63,817 nt of DNA, filler included, from Octopus bimaculoides (GCF_001194135.2; 7 parts of 6 records of this genome joined end to end with filler, not necessarily neighbours in it); one strand, 5' to 3'; shown: positions 1-12,805, counted from the first letter of the whole stretch. Numbers and translations are program-made. The notes: generated by a model from the letters alone, not told the origin.

Positions 1-16
1 ACCACCACCACCACTA

Positions 17-65
<49 letters not shown>

Positions 66-1374
66 TCAAGTGCCTTGCAATAGTTTTTCAATTTCTTGAC
101 ATTCTGAGTTCAAATCTTGCCAAGGTCAACTTTGCCTTGTATCCTTTTGGAATCAAATAAAAATATATTGGTCAATTAATGGAATTAACAGTATGGACTA
201 CTCCCACTTCCCTCAAAATTGCTGGCCTTGTGCCAAAATCAGAAAACATAACTAATGGTGTTACTACTATCACCACCAGAACTGCTGCTGCTGCTGTTGT
301 GCGGAGAAAGAAGAATCAATCCCAGTTCTTAGCTGGTACTTTATTTATTGGCACCTGGAAGCATGAAAGACAAATTGACTGCAGTGAAATTTGAACTTAG
401 AATGTCAAGAATTAAAACAATAACTACATTGTATTTGTCTGACAATCTAACAATTCTGCCAAGCGACTATCTGAGAGTGAGTTATTGCTAGGTAGAATAT
501 TGCTGGTGGTATTGACTCTTGAAGAACACTTAAGTCGATTAAGTAAAGGTCATTAAGTGCTTCATTCATGTATGTTGCAATGGAGTAGGCGGAGACAAGG
601 CTGCCAATCAAGGTTCAAAGATAGTGAAGAGATAGAAATGGTAGAGTACCAAACTGAATGCCTTGTGGTAATTAATAATTACTTAAAATCTTTTATATTC
701 AGAATGCAAATTATATCATTGTGAACTTTGTCGATGTAATTGAATAGTCTTCTCTCACAAAATTTCAGGCCTTGTGCTTATTGCAGAAAGAATTATTATT
801 ATTACTGGTTGCACAACGGAACAATTAAATAAAAGATTCAATAGGCATAGGTGTGACATCTGACACAAAAACTGTAATTCAATGGAACTTGCTGCATGTT
901 TTATGTCATTTTAAGGAACACCTGAAAATGCACATTCTTAGAAAATATTCTGATTCTGCAGTGCCAGAGGATGCACTTGGACTCATGATCGTAAGACTGT
1001 GGTTTCAATTTCTGGGCCAGACGAGGCATTGTGTTCTTCAGCAAAACACTTAATTTCATGTCACTCTAGTCCACTCAGCTGGCAAAGACAAGTAATCCTG
1101 CAATGGACCTGCATTCCATCCAGGTGGGTAATATATATGCCATGGAAACTGCGAAATCATCCCTTATGAGCCTGGCATGGCTCGAGAAAGTAACTTTACT
1201 ATTTTTATTTTACATATAAGACCTATCTATGCATCTTTTCTTTTTTGATGCTATTTTACTGTTCACCTTTTCTGTCCTTTTGTAGTTTATTCTGTGTACT
1301 GTGCATGTGCACTTTAGTTTTCCTTGCTGCCTTTCATAACTTCACTTAATACTGTTTTCTGTCCCCTCTTTTGC

Positions 1375-1580
1375 CCCTTTTTACTACCCCTGTCCCATTA
1401 CTCTTAGCCAAGTATAACCATTGTCCCCAACCACCTCACCACTTCACCTGACAGTCTCATCATTGTATTCTCTGAGAGGAGAGGAGAAAACTCAAAATTG
1501 CAATGGAGAATGTCAAGTGAACAATCTGAATACAACCAGGCACTGTTGACTAAACTTGCAACCACATCAAGTATTCTTGG
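1375..1580. repeat. Unclassified dispersed repeat, second copy at about 3415-3590
   Basis: CTACCCCTGTCCCAT.ACTCTTAGC.A.GTATAACCAT...GAACAATCTGAATACAA.CAGGCA.TGTTGACTAAACTTGCAAC-like block is shared by both copies. Confidence 0.75.
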
Positions 1581-1774
1581 TGAGGAGGGTGCTGTCTTGG
1601 TTCAGAATGCCTTTAGGATAAAAAAAGTCAAAAACAGGTGAATGAACTAAGGAGAATCAACGACCATTTACATAACATGTATATTATTGCTATTGTTAAT
1701 GCTATTATTATAATTTATCATGGTACCCAGTGCTGCAGGTGCATGGTTGGTAACAGTAATATTAATTAGCCCTA

Positions 1775-1809
1775 TCACCACCACCACCACCACCACCACA
1801 ACCACCACC

Positions 1810-1900
<91 letters not shown>

Positions 1901-1901
1901 C
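1775..1901. repeat. Compound microsatellite (ACC)n-(ATC)n; similar compound arrays at 11010-11290, 14865-14976 and 32400-32578
   Basis: Direct inspection. These arrays explain the poly-T/I/M/V/L/S ORFs in the track. Confidence 0.95.
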
Positions 1902-2087
1902 TATTTTCATTAACTTATTTATCAATTTTTCTATCAATTCTTCCTTTTTGATATTAATATCCATTTTAATAGAAAATAATCTTTCACTGTTGAATGTCTT
2001 TTGGCATTTTTTTTCCCAACTTTTTTCTTTTTCTTTTATAGTATTTATTTATTTATTTACTTAATTTTTGTTGTTGTTGTTTTTCAG

Positions 2088-2165
2088 ATTATAAACTATT
2101 TAAAGGAAATGATCTTACCTGAAGGAAACAAACTTTGGAACTTTAGAAATTCAATTTCCATATGA
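2088..2165 (+). CDS. Alternative candidate: terminal exon of a plus-strand gene entering from upstream
   Basis: Long T-rich tract ending ttttcag|, then IINYLKEMILPEGNKLWNFRNSISI*. Overlaps the minus-strand candidate. Confidence 0.3.
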   Translation: MINYLKEMILPEGNKLWNFRNSISI

Positions 2166-2232
2166 CTTAGGATATATTGTTATATAATTTCATATTGTAT
2201 GAAATTCTTTCAAATTGATTTTATTTGGAGTC
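2119..2232 (-). other. Candidate exon with possible start codon (MEIEFLKFQSLFPS from 2161)
   Basis: Strong acceptor tattctcttatctttcag| and strong donor CAG|GTAAGA. All three full-length frames contain stops, so it is 5'UTR plus start, or noncoding. Confidence 0.35.
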
Positions 2233-2951
2233 CTGAAAGATAAGAGAATATTGAATAAGACAGAAGATAAATGATTATGAATTAAAACAGAAAAGAAGAT
2301 GATATGGTAAAAATAGAAAAAGTTAAAAAATACATAAGAATATCACAAGATCTGAGGCACAAAGATATAAGTATGTAAATCAGTTAAGACTGGATTCAAA
2401 TATGATGAGACATTTAACGATAACTTTTCTTTAAAATAAGCTGGGGTAAGAAAAGATAAAAGTTGAGTTAGTTTGTTTGTTCTAATGGCTGTTTTTCTAT
2501 GCTAGCATGGGTTGGAGAAGGGACTTATTTGGAGTAGAATTTATCAAGCTTTGTAATTTTCTTATTTTATAAGCATCATCATAGAAACAACGGACAAATA
2601 ACTGTAAACTGTGCATTTCAATCATGCTGTAGTTGAAGCATAACCAACAGCAGAATGTATGAGAAGGAGTAACAACATCATATGATCAGATACCCTTTCT
2701 GTGGGCCAATTCTTAACTGTAACTACTTTTTCAATTTTTTTTTTTTTTTCAAAGTAAAGGTTTTTTTCTTTTTTTGTTTTCTATTTTTATATTTTTATTG
2801 CACAAATCTTTGAAAGTCCAGAATCATCAGTAAAAATATCTACAAAGAATATAAACATATCAACACTTTGCTTAAATCATGACAAGAGAAACTGTGGAAT
2901 ATCAATATTCATACACACGTGCACATGCATGCACATATGTGATTATGTACA

Positions 2952-3343
2952 AATTTAAAGGCAAGCGAAAGCGAAATCAGGATAGCACTTGTGCCCAGCA
3001 TCGCCTTTCTGGCACTTGTGCCCGTGACATGCGTAAGGATTTTCGAGCGAGATCGTTGCCAGTGCCCCTGGACTGGCTCTTGTGCGGGTGACACATAAAA
3101 TACACCATTTTGAGCATGGCCGTTGCCAGTACCTCCTTACTGGCCTTCGTGCTGGTGGCACGTAAAAGCACCCACTACACTCTCTGAGTGGTTGGCATTA
3201 GGAAGGGCATCCAGCTGTAGAAACTCTGCTAAATCAGATTTGAGCCTGGTGTTGCCATCCGGTTTCACTAGCCCTCAGTCAAATCGTCCAACCCATGCTA
3301 GCATGGAAGGCGGACGTTAAACGATGATGATGATGATGATGAT
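2952..3343 (+). repeat. (GAT)n-tailed retroposon family with internal GGTGGCACGTAAAA-type repeats; copies at about 7862-8128, 8735-8897 and 9045-9312
   Basis: Shared TTAGGAAGGGCATCCAGC..TAGAAAC...CCAACCCATGC.AGCATGGAA...TTAAA.GATGATGAT 3' end. Confidence 0.85.
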
Positions 3344-3739
3344 AGCCAAAGTGTGGTACTTGTTACCAAACCATGCTTATATTTTTCTTAACTGATATAT
3401 TTCCTCTTCCTAATTTTCTACCCCTGTCCCATCACTCTTAGCAAGGTATAACCATCGTCCTCAACTACCTCATCACTGCACCCTACAATCTTATCCTTGT
3501 ACTCCCAGAAAGGAGAAAACTTAAGTTGGGTAAACAATCTGAATACAATCAGGCATTGTTGACTAAACTTGCAACAACATCGAGCATGCTTAGTACACAT
3601 GCATTTATTTGCTTTTCCAGTATGTTCTGGGGGGTTTGTCAATAATGTATGATCATTTGTTACAAGCCTGACAAAATTTCCATAATATCAGTGACAACAT
3701 ATGGGGAAACCCACTGTTTCTCAAATGCTATGGTATGAA

Positions 3740-4615
3740 TTTTGTTTAGGCATGTGACACATGGTTGTATATTATTGATAACCCTACAAGAAAGGTAAAA
3801 CAGCTCTAGTGTTCCTATGAGTCTCTGTTACAACAACGTCCATTTTGCTTCAATATACATTGCGTTTTTAACACATGATTGAACTGAGCTGATTAGGGAT
3901 CCTTCTGTGCCATGTTCCTTAAGTGGAGCTTGTAATGGATAGACCTATTTTGGGATGGCTCATGTTTGCACATCACAAATCAGACTACTGATGACAAGCA
4001 CCAATCTCTTTGCTAACTCTAACACCTTCACCAAAATCTTGAACTTATATCTAGTAGAGTTATGGACTGAGCATTATCAATGTGATCTCCCTTGTTTAAG
4101 TCCTTTCTCAGCAATGAAACTATCCCTTAACTCACAGAAATGGGAAATTTCTCTTTTGCTGTGGGTTGCAGTAGATATCTGCTAAGAGGTCACCAAACAA
4201 GTCTGGCATATAAAAGAAAAGCTTGTAGGGTATACCAGCCTAACCAGGAAATGTATCCTCATGTAGCCTACCATCACTTCCTATATTTCCTTAGCTTTTA
4301 TTGTCTTTTCACAATTTTCTGTTTCTCTTGTCAAGAACTATGGCAGTCTGTAAATGTAGGCATTGAAATCCATCTTGTGATCTGACTTGCCACTCATCAC
4401 AAATAGTTGAGCAAAGTGTCTCTGTAAAGCTGTACACATTTGCTTAGGATTGAGTAACACATGCTCATCATGATCTGCCAAAGCCCAAATTGTGTCTCAG
4501 TTCTGGTATAGCAGCATTCATACTTCACATTGAAGACTTGGTTGCAATGTTTTTTTAAGCATCTCTTCGGGTGCCATCTGTTCTAGTTTTTTCTATTGCT
4601 ACTTTTTATAAAACC
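3740..4615 (-). mobile_element. Degenerate Tx1/L1-clade LINE ORF2 fragment (EN-RT linker and start of RT)
   Basis: Minus-strand translation with stops and frameshifts includes DLFGDLLADIYCNPQQ, FKILVKVL..LAKRLVLVISSLICDVQT*AIP and LNPKQMCTALQRHFAQLF, typical of L1/Tx1 RT. Confidence 0.7.
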
Positions 4616-4682
4616 TTATCAATTCTATTTCAGTTGTCAGTTTCTGGACAAACCACCAGTTGTTGTTGACAATAACAATAGT

Positions 4683-6570
4683 TTTGGGTTTTGGCTCAAG
4701 GCCAGCAATTTCAGGGTAGGGGTATGTCAATTACATCAACCCTAGTACTTAACTAGTACTCATATTAGTGATCCCAGAAAGGTGAAAAGCAAAGTCAACC
4801 TCAGCGGAATTTGAACTCAGCATGTAAATGATGGATGAAATGCTCCCAAGTATTTTGCCTGATATGCTAATGATTCTGTCTGCTCACCATCTTACTGTTG
4901 ACAATGATAATAGTGATAGTATTAATTGATTCAAATTTTTGGCTCAAGGCTATCAATTTTATGGGAGGGTAATAGTTTATTAGATTGATCTCAGTTATCA
5001 ACTTGTACTTTATTTTATCAACCCAAAAGGATGAAAGACAAAGTTGACCCTGGATGGATTTGAACTCAGAGCATAAGAGTCAGAAAAATTGCTGTTAAGC
5101 ATTTTGCCCAATGCACTAAGAATCCTGCTAGCTCACTGTCTTAATAATATTCCTTTCTACTATAGGCACAAGGCATAAAATTGTGGGGATGAGGCCTAGT
5201 CAATTACATCGACCCCAGTGCTTGACTGGTACTTATCTTATCAATACTGAAAAAATGAATGGCAAAGTCAACCTCAGCAGAATTTGAACTCAGAGCTTAG
5301 AGATGGACAAAAAGCTGCTATGCATTTTGTCCAGTGTGCTTACAATTCTGCCAGCTTGCAGACTTGACCACTCCAATAAGAATAATTAATTTCTAATAAT
5401 TTTTGTATAAGACTAGCATTTCTGGGAAAAGGGATTAGTTGATTACATTAGCCTCAGTACTATGGAGTGCAAGTGTAATTTCAATAAAGAACAAAATAAG
5501 AATTTTTAACACTAACATAAAAGCAATGTTATTGTATGGGGCTGAGACATGGCAAACAACAGTTAAGTCAAAAAAGCAAATACAATCATTCATCAACAGA
5601 TGCTTGCGTAGTATACTTAAAATTAGATGGCCCGAACGCATAAGCATAATGGAGCTATGGCAAAGAACAAATCAAGTTTCGATTAGGGAGCGAATATTTA
5701 AGAAAAAGTGGAAGTGGATTGGTAGCACAATTAGAAAAGACACACCAAATGAAGCAAAAAGGGCTCTACAGTGGAATCCAGATGGATATAGAAAGAAACG
5801 TAGGTCTAAGAACTCGTGGCGTAGATCAACACAAAAGGAACTAGAGAAAAGGGGACATTCATGGCAGAGTATAAGTACAGAAGCGAAAAATTATGCGACG
5901 TAGAATTCAATTATAAGTGGCCTACACTCTGTGTTGGAGGGTTAAAAGCAAAAAAAAAAAAAAAAACTCAACTCTGGTACTTATTTTATGATCCCTGAAA
6001 GCTGAAAGGCAAAGCTGACTCGCGTGGGGTTTGAGCTTAGCATGTAAAGAGCCAGAAGGAATACCACTAAGCATTTTGTCTGATGTGTTTAATGATTTTG
6101 TCAGCTTGCCCGCTTAATGATGATTTCAAATTTTGGTATAAAGCTAACAATTTCAAGGAATGGTATAAGTTGATTGCATTGATCCCAGTGTTCAACTGGT
6201 ACTTATTTTATTGACCCAGAAAGGATGAAAGGCAAAGTTGACCTCGGTGGAATTTGAACTGAAAATGTAAAGACATGAAATACTGCTAAGCATTTTGCCT
6301 GGCATGTTAACAATTTTGCTAGTTCATGTGTTAGCTTGCCACCCTAATAATAATAATGATTTTTAACATAGTTAGGCAGTTACAAGTTTTGGGACCAGTG
6401 GTGTTCATTATATCTACTAAGCTGAATACTGAGCCCATACTTTATTTTACTGACCAAAGATCAATGAATGACAAATGCCATTCGTCCTTCTTTGGAATTT
6501 GAATGCAATTTACAAAGGGGCATAATGAAAGGCCTCAGATTCTTTTATCTGTTGCACTATCAATCCTACC
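4683..6570 (-). repeat. Chain of six tRNA-derived SINE copies (family A, head AAGGCGGTGAGCTGGCAGAATCGTTAGC)
   Basis: Copies at about 4683, 4932, 5150, 5392 (split by the RTE), 6124 and 6360, each with the B-box (reverse complement of GAGTTCAAAT) and the shared core, separated by (AAT)-like tails. Confidence 0.85.
5462..5966 (+). mobile_element. 5'-truncated RTE-clade LINE (3' end of ORF2 plus A-tail) inserted in a SINE
   Basis: KIRIFNTNIKAMLLYGAETW...RCLRSILKIRWPERIS...WKWIGSTIRK...ALQWNPDGYRKKRRSKNSWRR, then about 17 A. The interrupted SINE resumes after the tail (CAGTACT...ACTCAACT). Confidence 0.9.
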
Positions 6571-8095
6571 ATCTAAAGCTCTCCTATGTTTGTAACAATA
6601 ACAAAATTTAAATGTAGATACAGAGGGAGAAATAAAACTAAAAAAAAACGAAAAAAGAAAAAGAAAAAAGTGAAATGATAAAAGCAGACATCACTGGCAG
6701 TGATATTCATGCTGTTAACATTTTTATTGATATCTGTAATTTTATTTACTTATTTAATTTTTTTTTTCTTCTGATATTGAACTCTTTGTGGTCATGAAAT
6801 AAATTAGCTCCCAATAAACACTCAGAAAACTATGGTCTCTTCTGTTATATCTTAGTTTTTAAAAAATTTTTGAATTTATTATTATTATTATTATTTCTTT
6901 TTTAGCACATTTCATTTCATCTCTTTTTTCTCTGTTCTTTAATTCATTCATAATTCATATGTGAATGAAAAATTTTTTTCAGTTTTTTTTTCTTCTTCTC
7001 TTTCTTCACTGCTTATGTCTTTCTCTGAGATATTTTAGATAGATTTACTTATATAGAATAAAGAAAGAAAGCCAAAAGAAGCGTGTGTGTGTGTGTGTGT
7101 GTGGATGGGGGAGGGGGTAAAACAGTAATATAAATTAAACATTGAAATGGGGGGAAAAAAGTGACTCAAATTTCTAAAAGAGAACAGATATATTATTAAC
7201 AAAAAGAAGCAGAAAAACAGCAATAACAGAAAAAAACAAGCAAAAACAAATTGACTATAGGAAAACAAGAAATTTGAAAGGCATAAAAAATAATGTCAAA
7301 GTACAGTTTTCTGGAGAAAAATATGTAATAGGGTATGAAGAAGATGGTAATGATAAGGAAAATGATAAAGGTGACGATAACAGTGATGGTGATGATAATA
7401 GTACTGGGTATGATAATGATGGTAAGATGGGTGATAATGAGGGTAAGAATAAGGGAAACAGTATATTTGTAAGATGGTAGGCTCTCCTTATAAGGAGCTG
7501 ATATATTATAAAAATTCAGTTTAGCAAATATATATTCATATATTTATTGACTAAGATCAACCTCTGTCATTTGCCATGATTTATGAAAGGCGTGTCACTG
7601 AAAGGGACAAGTCAACATGGATGCTTCTAGGTGGTCACTGGCATTGCTAGAAATAGCAGCTAAATTCTCTGAACATGCACTCTAACATCTTTTAAAAGGA
7701 CACTTTGAATAATATGGTCCTGGTTCCACTTACACATTGGAAAAAAATATGAGGTCACAAATGGAATGACATTACTCATAAGTCAGTTTGATTAAGGATT
7801 GACTGACAGTTAAACAATCATAATATTTGAAAGGCACCACTCCTTCTTCCAGATGAGGGGTCTTTGTCTTGCAAGTTACATGGCAACCCCACTGGTATTG
7901 GTGCCATGTAAAAAGCACCTGTACTTGTGCCACATAAAAAGCACCCAATACACTCTGTAATGTAGCTAGTGTTAGGAAGGGCATCCAGCCATAGAAACCA
8001 TGCCAAAACAGACTTCAGAGTCTGGTACAGTTCTCTGGCTTGCCAGCTCCTGTCAAACAGTCCAACCCATGCTAGCATGGAAGACGGACATTAAT

Positions 8096-8128
<33 letters not shown>

Positions 8129-9065
8129 GGAAGAAGATAATGATGTCTTCATGGTGGGGAAATTGATGCAATTGATTGATGTTTTGGCTGAGCATTTGTG
8201 GGTCAATGCTTGTGAGAAAAGCATGGTGGGGGAGTGAATCTTAGAATGTTGCATTCCAGGGGAGTAAAGCCTTGGAAGGTGGAGTCTAAGAGGTGAAGTA
8301 CAGCCTTCAGCCTTCATCAGGTGTCATGGGGAAATTTCACCACTATGCCATATGCCCCTGGGCATATGGTGTAGTGGTGAAGTACAGCATCATGGAAAGT
8401 GGGGATACAGGAAGTAGATTATAGTGCAAGGGATATCCAGTTAGCTAATCAGTAGAAGTTGAGACTAGTTTAGCAATACCTAAACAAAGCAATGAGAAGA
8501 AACAGTGTTTCTATGAGTTAGTGGCTGCAGGGTGTTTTTGAAGGAAAGAATGTTTGCTTCTACTGTAGCCCCAAGCCAATGAAAACCTTGTGAGTGTTTT
8601 TGGTAAAGACAAGTTGAAAGAACTGTATTATGTGTGTGAGTGTTAATGTCCTTGTATTGACATGATGTGGTGCTTGTAAATGAGTGTCACCATCATAAAA
8701 ATAGTGTTACTTGTTTCCACTTTTCCATGAAAACATGTCTGACCACAAGGAAATGTTTACCTTGTTCTGAATCAGATGAGGATTGGTAACTGAACTGTAA
8801 GTTACATCAAGCTTTAGGAAATCTGCCTCCATGAATCCCATCTGATGTATGCAAGCATGGAAAAGTGGATGTTAAAACAATGATGACGATGATGATGTTC
8901 ATGTATACCAACTAACAATGCACATCCATTGAAGCTTGCTCACATCATTTATTTTTCAGCCTTTGCCTGTTCTCTCAACCAAAGATGTGTGATCTCCTCC
9001 TCCTCCTGACCACCGCCACTGCCACCACCACTGTAGTTGTGACTGTTGCCTGTGTCATGTAAACG

Positions 9066-9150
9066 GCACACGTGCTGGTGACATGTAAAAGGCACACGTG
9101 CTGGTGACATGTAAAAGGCACACGTGCTGGTTACATGTAAAAGGCACACA
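9066..9150 (+). repeat. 26-bp tandem repeat x3 inside a (GAT)n-tailed element
   Basis: GCACACGTGCTGGTGACATGTAAAAG repeated. Confidence 0.9.
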
Positions 9151-11499
9151 TTACACTTTTGGAGTGATTGGCATTAGGAAGGGCATCCAGCCATAGAAAT
9201 CATGCCAAATCAGACTGGAACCTGGGGCAGTCTTCCAGCTTAACAGTTCCAGTCAAACCATCTAATTCATGCCAGCATGGAAAGTGGACTTTAAATGATG
9301 TTGATGATGATGAGTCACAAATTATTCGGTTTTTAGAAGGAACATATGATTAAGTAACATCCATGTTTTCCTCAAGAATGGTTTTGGTAATGCAAGTGAC
9401 AAGAACTGAAACTAAGAAACAGAGAATCGAAAGTGAAGAACATAGGTAAATATTTATTTTGGTACATGGATCCGACCAACATAAAGATAATGTCTATTCT
9501 ATGATGTTAAGAATTAGAAAAGAGAATGAGAATTACACAGTTCATGACAGTTCATGTGCTTGTAAGGTTTTGGAAGAAAAAGCCTTGCAAATTAGTTGGA
9601 TGCCTACGTTTGCACAAATCTGTTTAGTCAATTAGGACCATGAATGAAAACAGAAAACTTTTTGTAAGCTTGTTTTCTTTCGAAGTAATGCACTATTTTA
9701 TTGGTAATGCATGATTTCCTCAGGAAAACTAACACAAAGCCACTATAATATCACCTGAACACTGTACAGAGAATCAAATTAATTACGTGGCAGTACACCA
9801 ACAGAAGTAAAGGTCACAAGGTGATATTAAAGATATATGTAAATAGTAGGTTAAATTTCTGCATGGTAGAGGTCAAGTTGAGAATAGACTTGATAGCAAG
9901 GAAGAAATAATTCTCCTCAAGAGAAATTTGGTGTACAGAGAGAAATATATTTAACTTGTTTCTCACAACTACTTCAGGAATCTATAAACAGAAAAAGAAA
10001 GTAATACCAAAGAAAGTAAAAAGAAGAAAAAAATTTACTGATATAGCTGGTGGATAGGGATGGAAACATGAAGTGTTGAAAAGATTGTCTGTAAATATAG
10101 AAGGGATAGGAGTAAAAGCTGTGAAAAGCAGTGTCCTCTCTATATTAATTTCATAAATTCCAAAAATATCATTTAACAAAAGGATAATTATCATATAAGG
10201 TGGCTAACTAGCAGAATCATTAGCACACTGGACAAAATGCATAGCGGCATTTTGTCTGTCTTTATGTTCTGGGTGCAAATGTGCCCAGGGTTAACTTTAC
10301 CATTCCTCTTTTTGGGGGTCGATAAAATAAGTACCAGCTGAGCCCTAAGGTTGACCTAATTGACTTAGCCTCTCCCTCGAAATTGCTGGCCTTGTACTAA
10401 AATTTGAAATCAATATCAAACAAATGTTTAATAACAATAAGGGGAGTCAGAGAAAATTGTCATCATCAAAGAACTGTTGGTATCACCAAAAAAAAATTGT
10501 AATGTAAGATGACTTAATGATTCAGAGCATCTGTACAAAAGAACTTTTAAAACCCATCGTTGATGGCAGCAAAAATATGACAGGTTTGTATTTAATATCA
10601 CCTCCATTTGTTATATACTGAAAATGTCTTCAGATATCCCAAAATAAGCAATTGAGTATTTCTCTATACTCAAGGAAAAGAAAGCAAGACCAACCAAGTA
10701 AATGTGATACAACTTAATGCATATTACTACAGTAAAAATAGTCTTTGAAATAGAAAAGGGATTTCAAACAGCCACTGAAAATAGAAGATTAATTATTAGA
10801 TAATAATTGCTAATTGAGTCTGGCACTCCTAGAGCATATAGGACAGAGGGGGTGCCTGTGTCTGGTAGGAGTAACAGCTAGGGATAGTAACCAAATTGCA
10901 CCCAGATTGCATCCTACATTGAGTATAACCATAGATGAGCAATGCTCAAAAAAGGATGGGATGGTCATAGCTGGACTGCATGAAGAACCGATCTGGAACC
11001 AAACAACATCAGCAATAGCAACAACAATAGCAAGAAGAGTAACAACAATATCAGCAACATCAACAACAACAACAACAACAAAAACAACAACAACATCAGC
11101 AGCAGTAACAGCAATAACAACAAGAGCAATAACCAGAACATGGGTAACAAAACCAACAGTAGAAACAACAACAGCAACAACAACAACAACAGTAGCAGCA
11201 GCAACAACAACAAAAGCAATAATAACAGCAACAACAGCACAAACAGCAATAAAAACAACAACAATTACAACAATAGCAGCAATAACAAGATTAATAGAGC
11301 CTTAAGTGAATTTAGTTTTGTCTCTCTCAGATCTGAATTTGATTATTGCCTAAGTTCATTTATCATTTCATCCTTCTGGGGTGAATAAAATATAGAGGAA
11401 GTACCATAGCATTTCATGTAACACATAACAAATTTCTGGTCTTGCTTTTTTTCTTTACTCTTGCGTGTGCATGTGTTTTGGAATGAACTAGAGGGAGAG

Positions 11500-12330
11500 G
11501 GTGTAACTGTGGAATCTCAGAAGCAGGTCTTCTTAACCTAGTGAGATCAGTATGGCAAAAAGCTTGTCTTGAGAAATAGCAAGTGGATGGATGCTGGAGA
11601 TAGAATTCCAGTGGGATGACATGGAGAGGAAGATCTGGGTGTTGTGGTTAGTTTGAGGGCTTGAGAGAGCAAATATAATATTTGTGATGGGAGCCAAGCG
11701 AGTTGAAATTGTTTGAAGGGAGGTAGCATGGGGGTCACACAGTTCCGGTTAGCAGTAGAAAAAGTAAAAAGTGGAAAAAACATGTTTGTGGAATAGAGGT
11801 TAGAATATACAGCATAACAGTCACAATTGAGGACAATGAAAGAAATTTGGGTAATTTAAGAATTAAGGAAGCATTACTCATACACAGACTAGGACCCCAA
11901 ATTAACAACAGGCTGGAGATTGGTAATCAATATATAATTTAGCTACATCTGGATGCACGTAGGCTCATTCTTAATAAAATGCTCATGTATTGTTTACAAC
12001 AGAAAAAAATGAGAAGCTGCACATATAACACATATCTTAGAAGCAGCGCTACAGGTATATCAACACACACGAGATTGAAACATAGCCGACCTCACATACT
12101 TCTCATGAGGAATTCCGGAAGGAGCTTCGTGAGACCACTACTACGTCACTTCCGGAAAAAAAAAAAGAAAAGAAAAACCGTTGGTAAACAGTTTATAGCA
12201 TAGACTCCATCTAAGAAAATCTGAAGAAGGAATTGTATTCCAGAATATCATCGGACTATAGATAATTAAATTACAACAAATATATAGTCCATTTTTTATA
12301 TTATAGTGCATTGTTGTACCATTCAAAACT
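11500..12330. mobile_element. Penelope-like element remnant (inverted arrangement)
   Basis: Plus 11820-11942 encodes a GIY-YIG C-terminus (VTIEDNERNLGNLRIKEALLIHRLGPQINNRLE), followed by a pLTR-like region with a hammerhead-like motif at about 12221. Minus 11547-11783 resembles a PLE ORF N-terminus (LLSQALKLTTTP). Confidence 0.65.
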
Positions 12331-12464
12331 TTTTATTCTTTATAATTGTTTTTGTTAACATTATTATTTCAGAAGAGTAAAGGCAGTAAGCTGGCAGAAT
12401 CATTACCATGCCAGACATGCTTAGTGGCATTTTCTACAGCTGTACTTTCTGAGTTTGTGAAGGC

Positions 12465-12805
12465 ACATGGTTCAGTGGTAAGAGCGTCAGGCTCACAATC
12501 ATGAAGTACTGAGTTTGATTCCTGGACCGAGCTGTGTGTTGTGTTCTTGAGCAAGACACTTTATTTCATGTTGCTCCTGTTCACTCAGCTGTAGAAATAA
12601 GCTGCAATGTCACTGGTGCCAATCTGTATCAGCCTTTGTCTTTCCCTTGGATAACATTGGTGGCATGGAGAGGGGAGGCTGGTATGCATGGGTGACTGCT
12701 GGTCTTCCATAAAATAACTTTGCCTAGATTTGTGCCTCAGAGGGGAACTTTCTAAGTGCAATTCCATGGTCATTCATAACTGAAGAGGGTCTTACCCTTT
12801 ACCCT
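12465..12805 (+). repeat. tRNA-derived SINE (family C) nested in a family A SINE; related copies at about 962-1200 (+) and 25400-25615 (-)
   Basis: Head GGCACATGGTTCAGTGGTAAGAGCG...TTTGATTCCTGG, shared TTGTGTTCTTGAGCAA..CACTT..TTTCA..TTGCTCC..T.CACTCAGCTG block. The host SINE resumes at about 12808. Confidence 0.75.

Noticed and set aside
9365-9446. Plus-strand ORF MFSSRMVLVMQVTRTETKKQRIESEEH ending at AG|GTAAAT
   Set aside because: No supporting partner exons or recognisable product, so it is likely chance.
9814-9981. Minus-strand acceptor followed by 55 open codons (IPEVVVRNK...)
   Set aside because: Phase and linkage are unresolved and the product is unrecognisable. Too weak to call.
10814-11388. 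Thr-rich, Leu-rich and Asn-rich ORFs resembling mucin or signal peptides
   Set aside because: A degenerate (AAC/AGC)n array open in several frames, preceded by a dispersed repeat, with no splice support.
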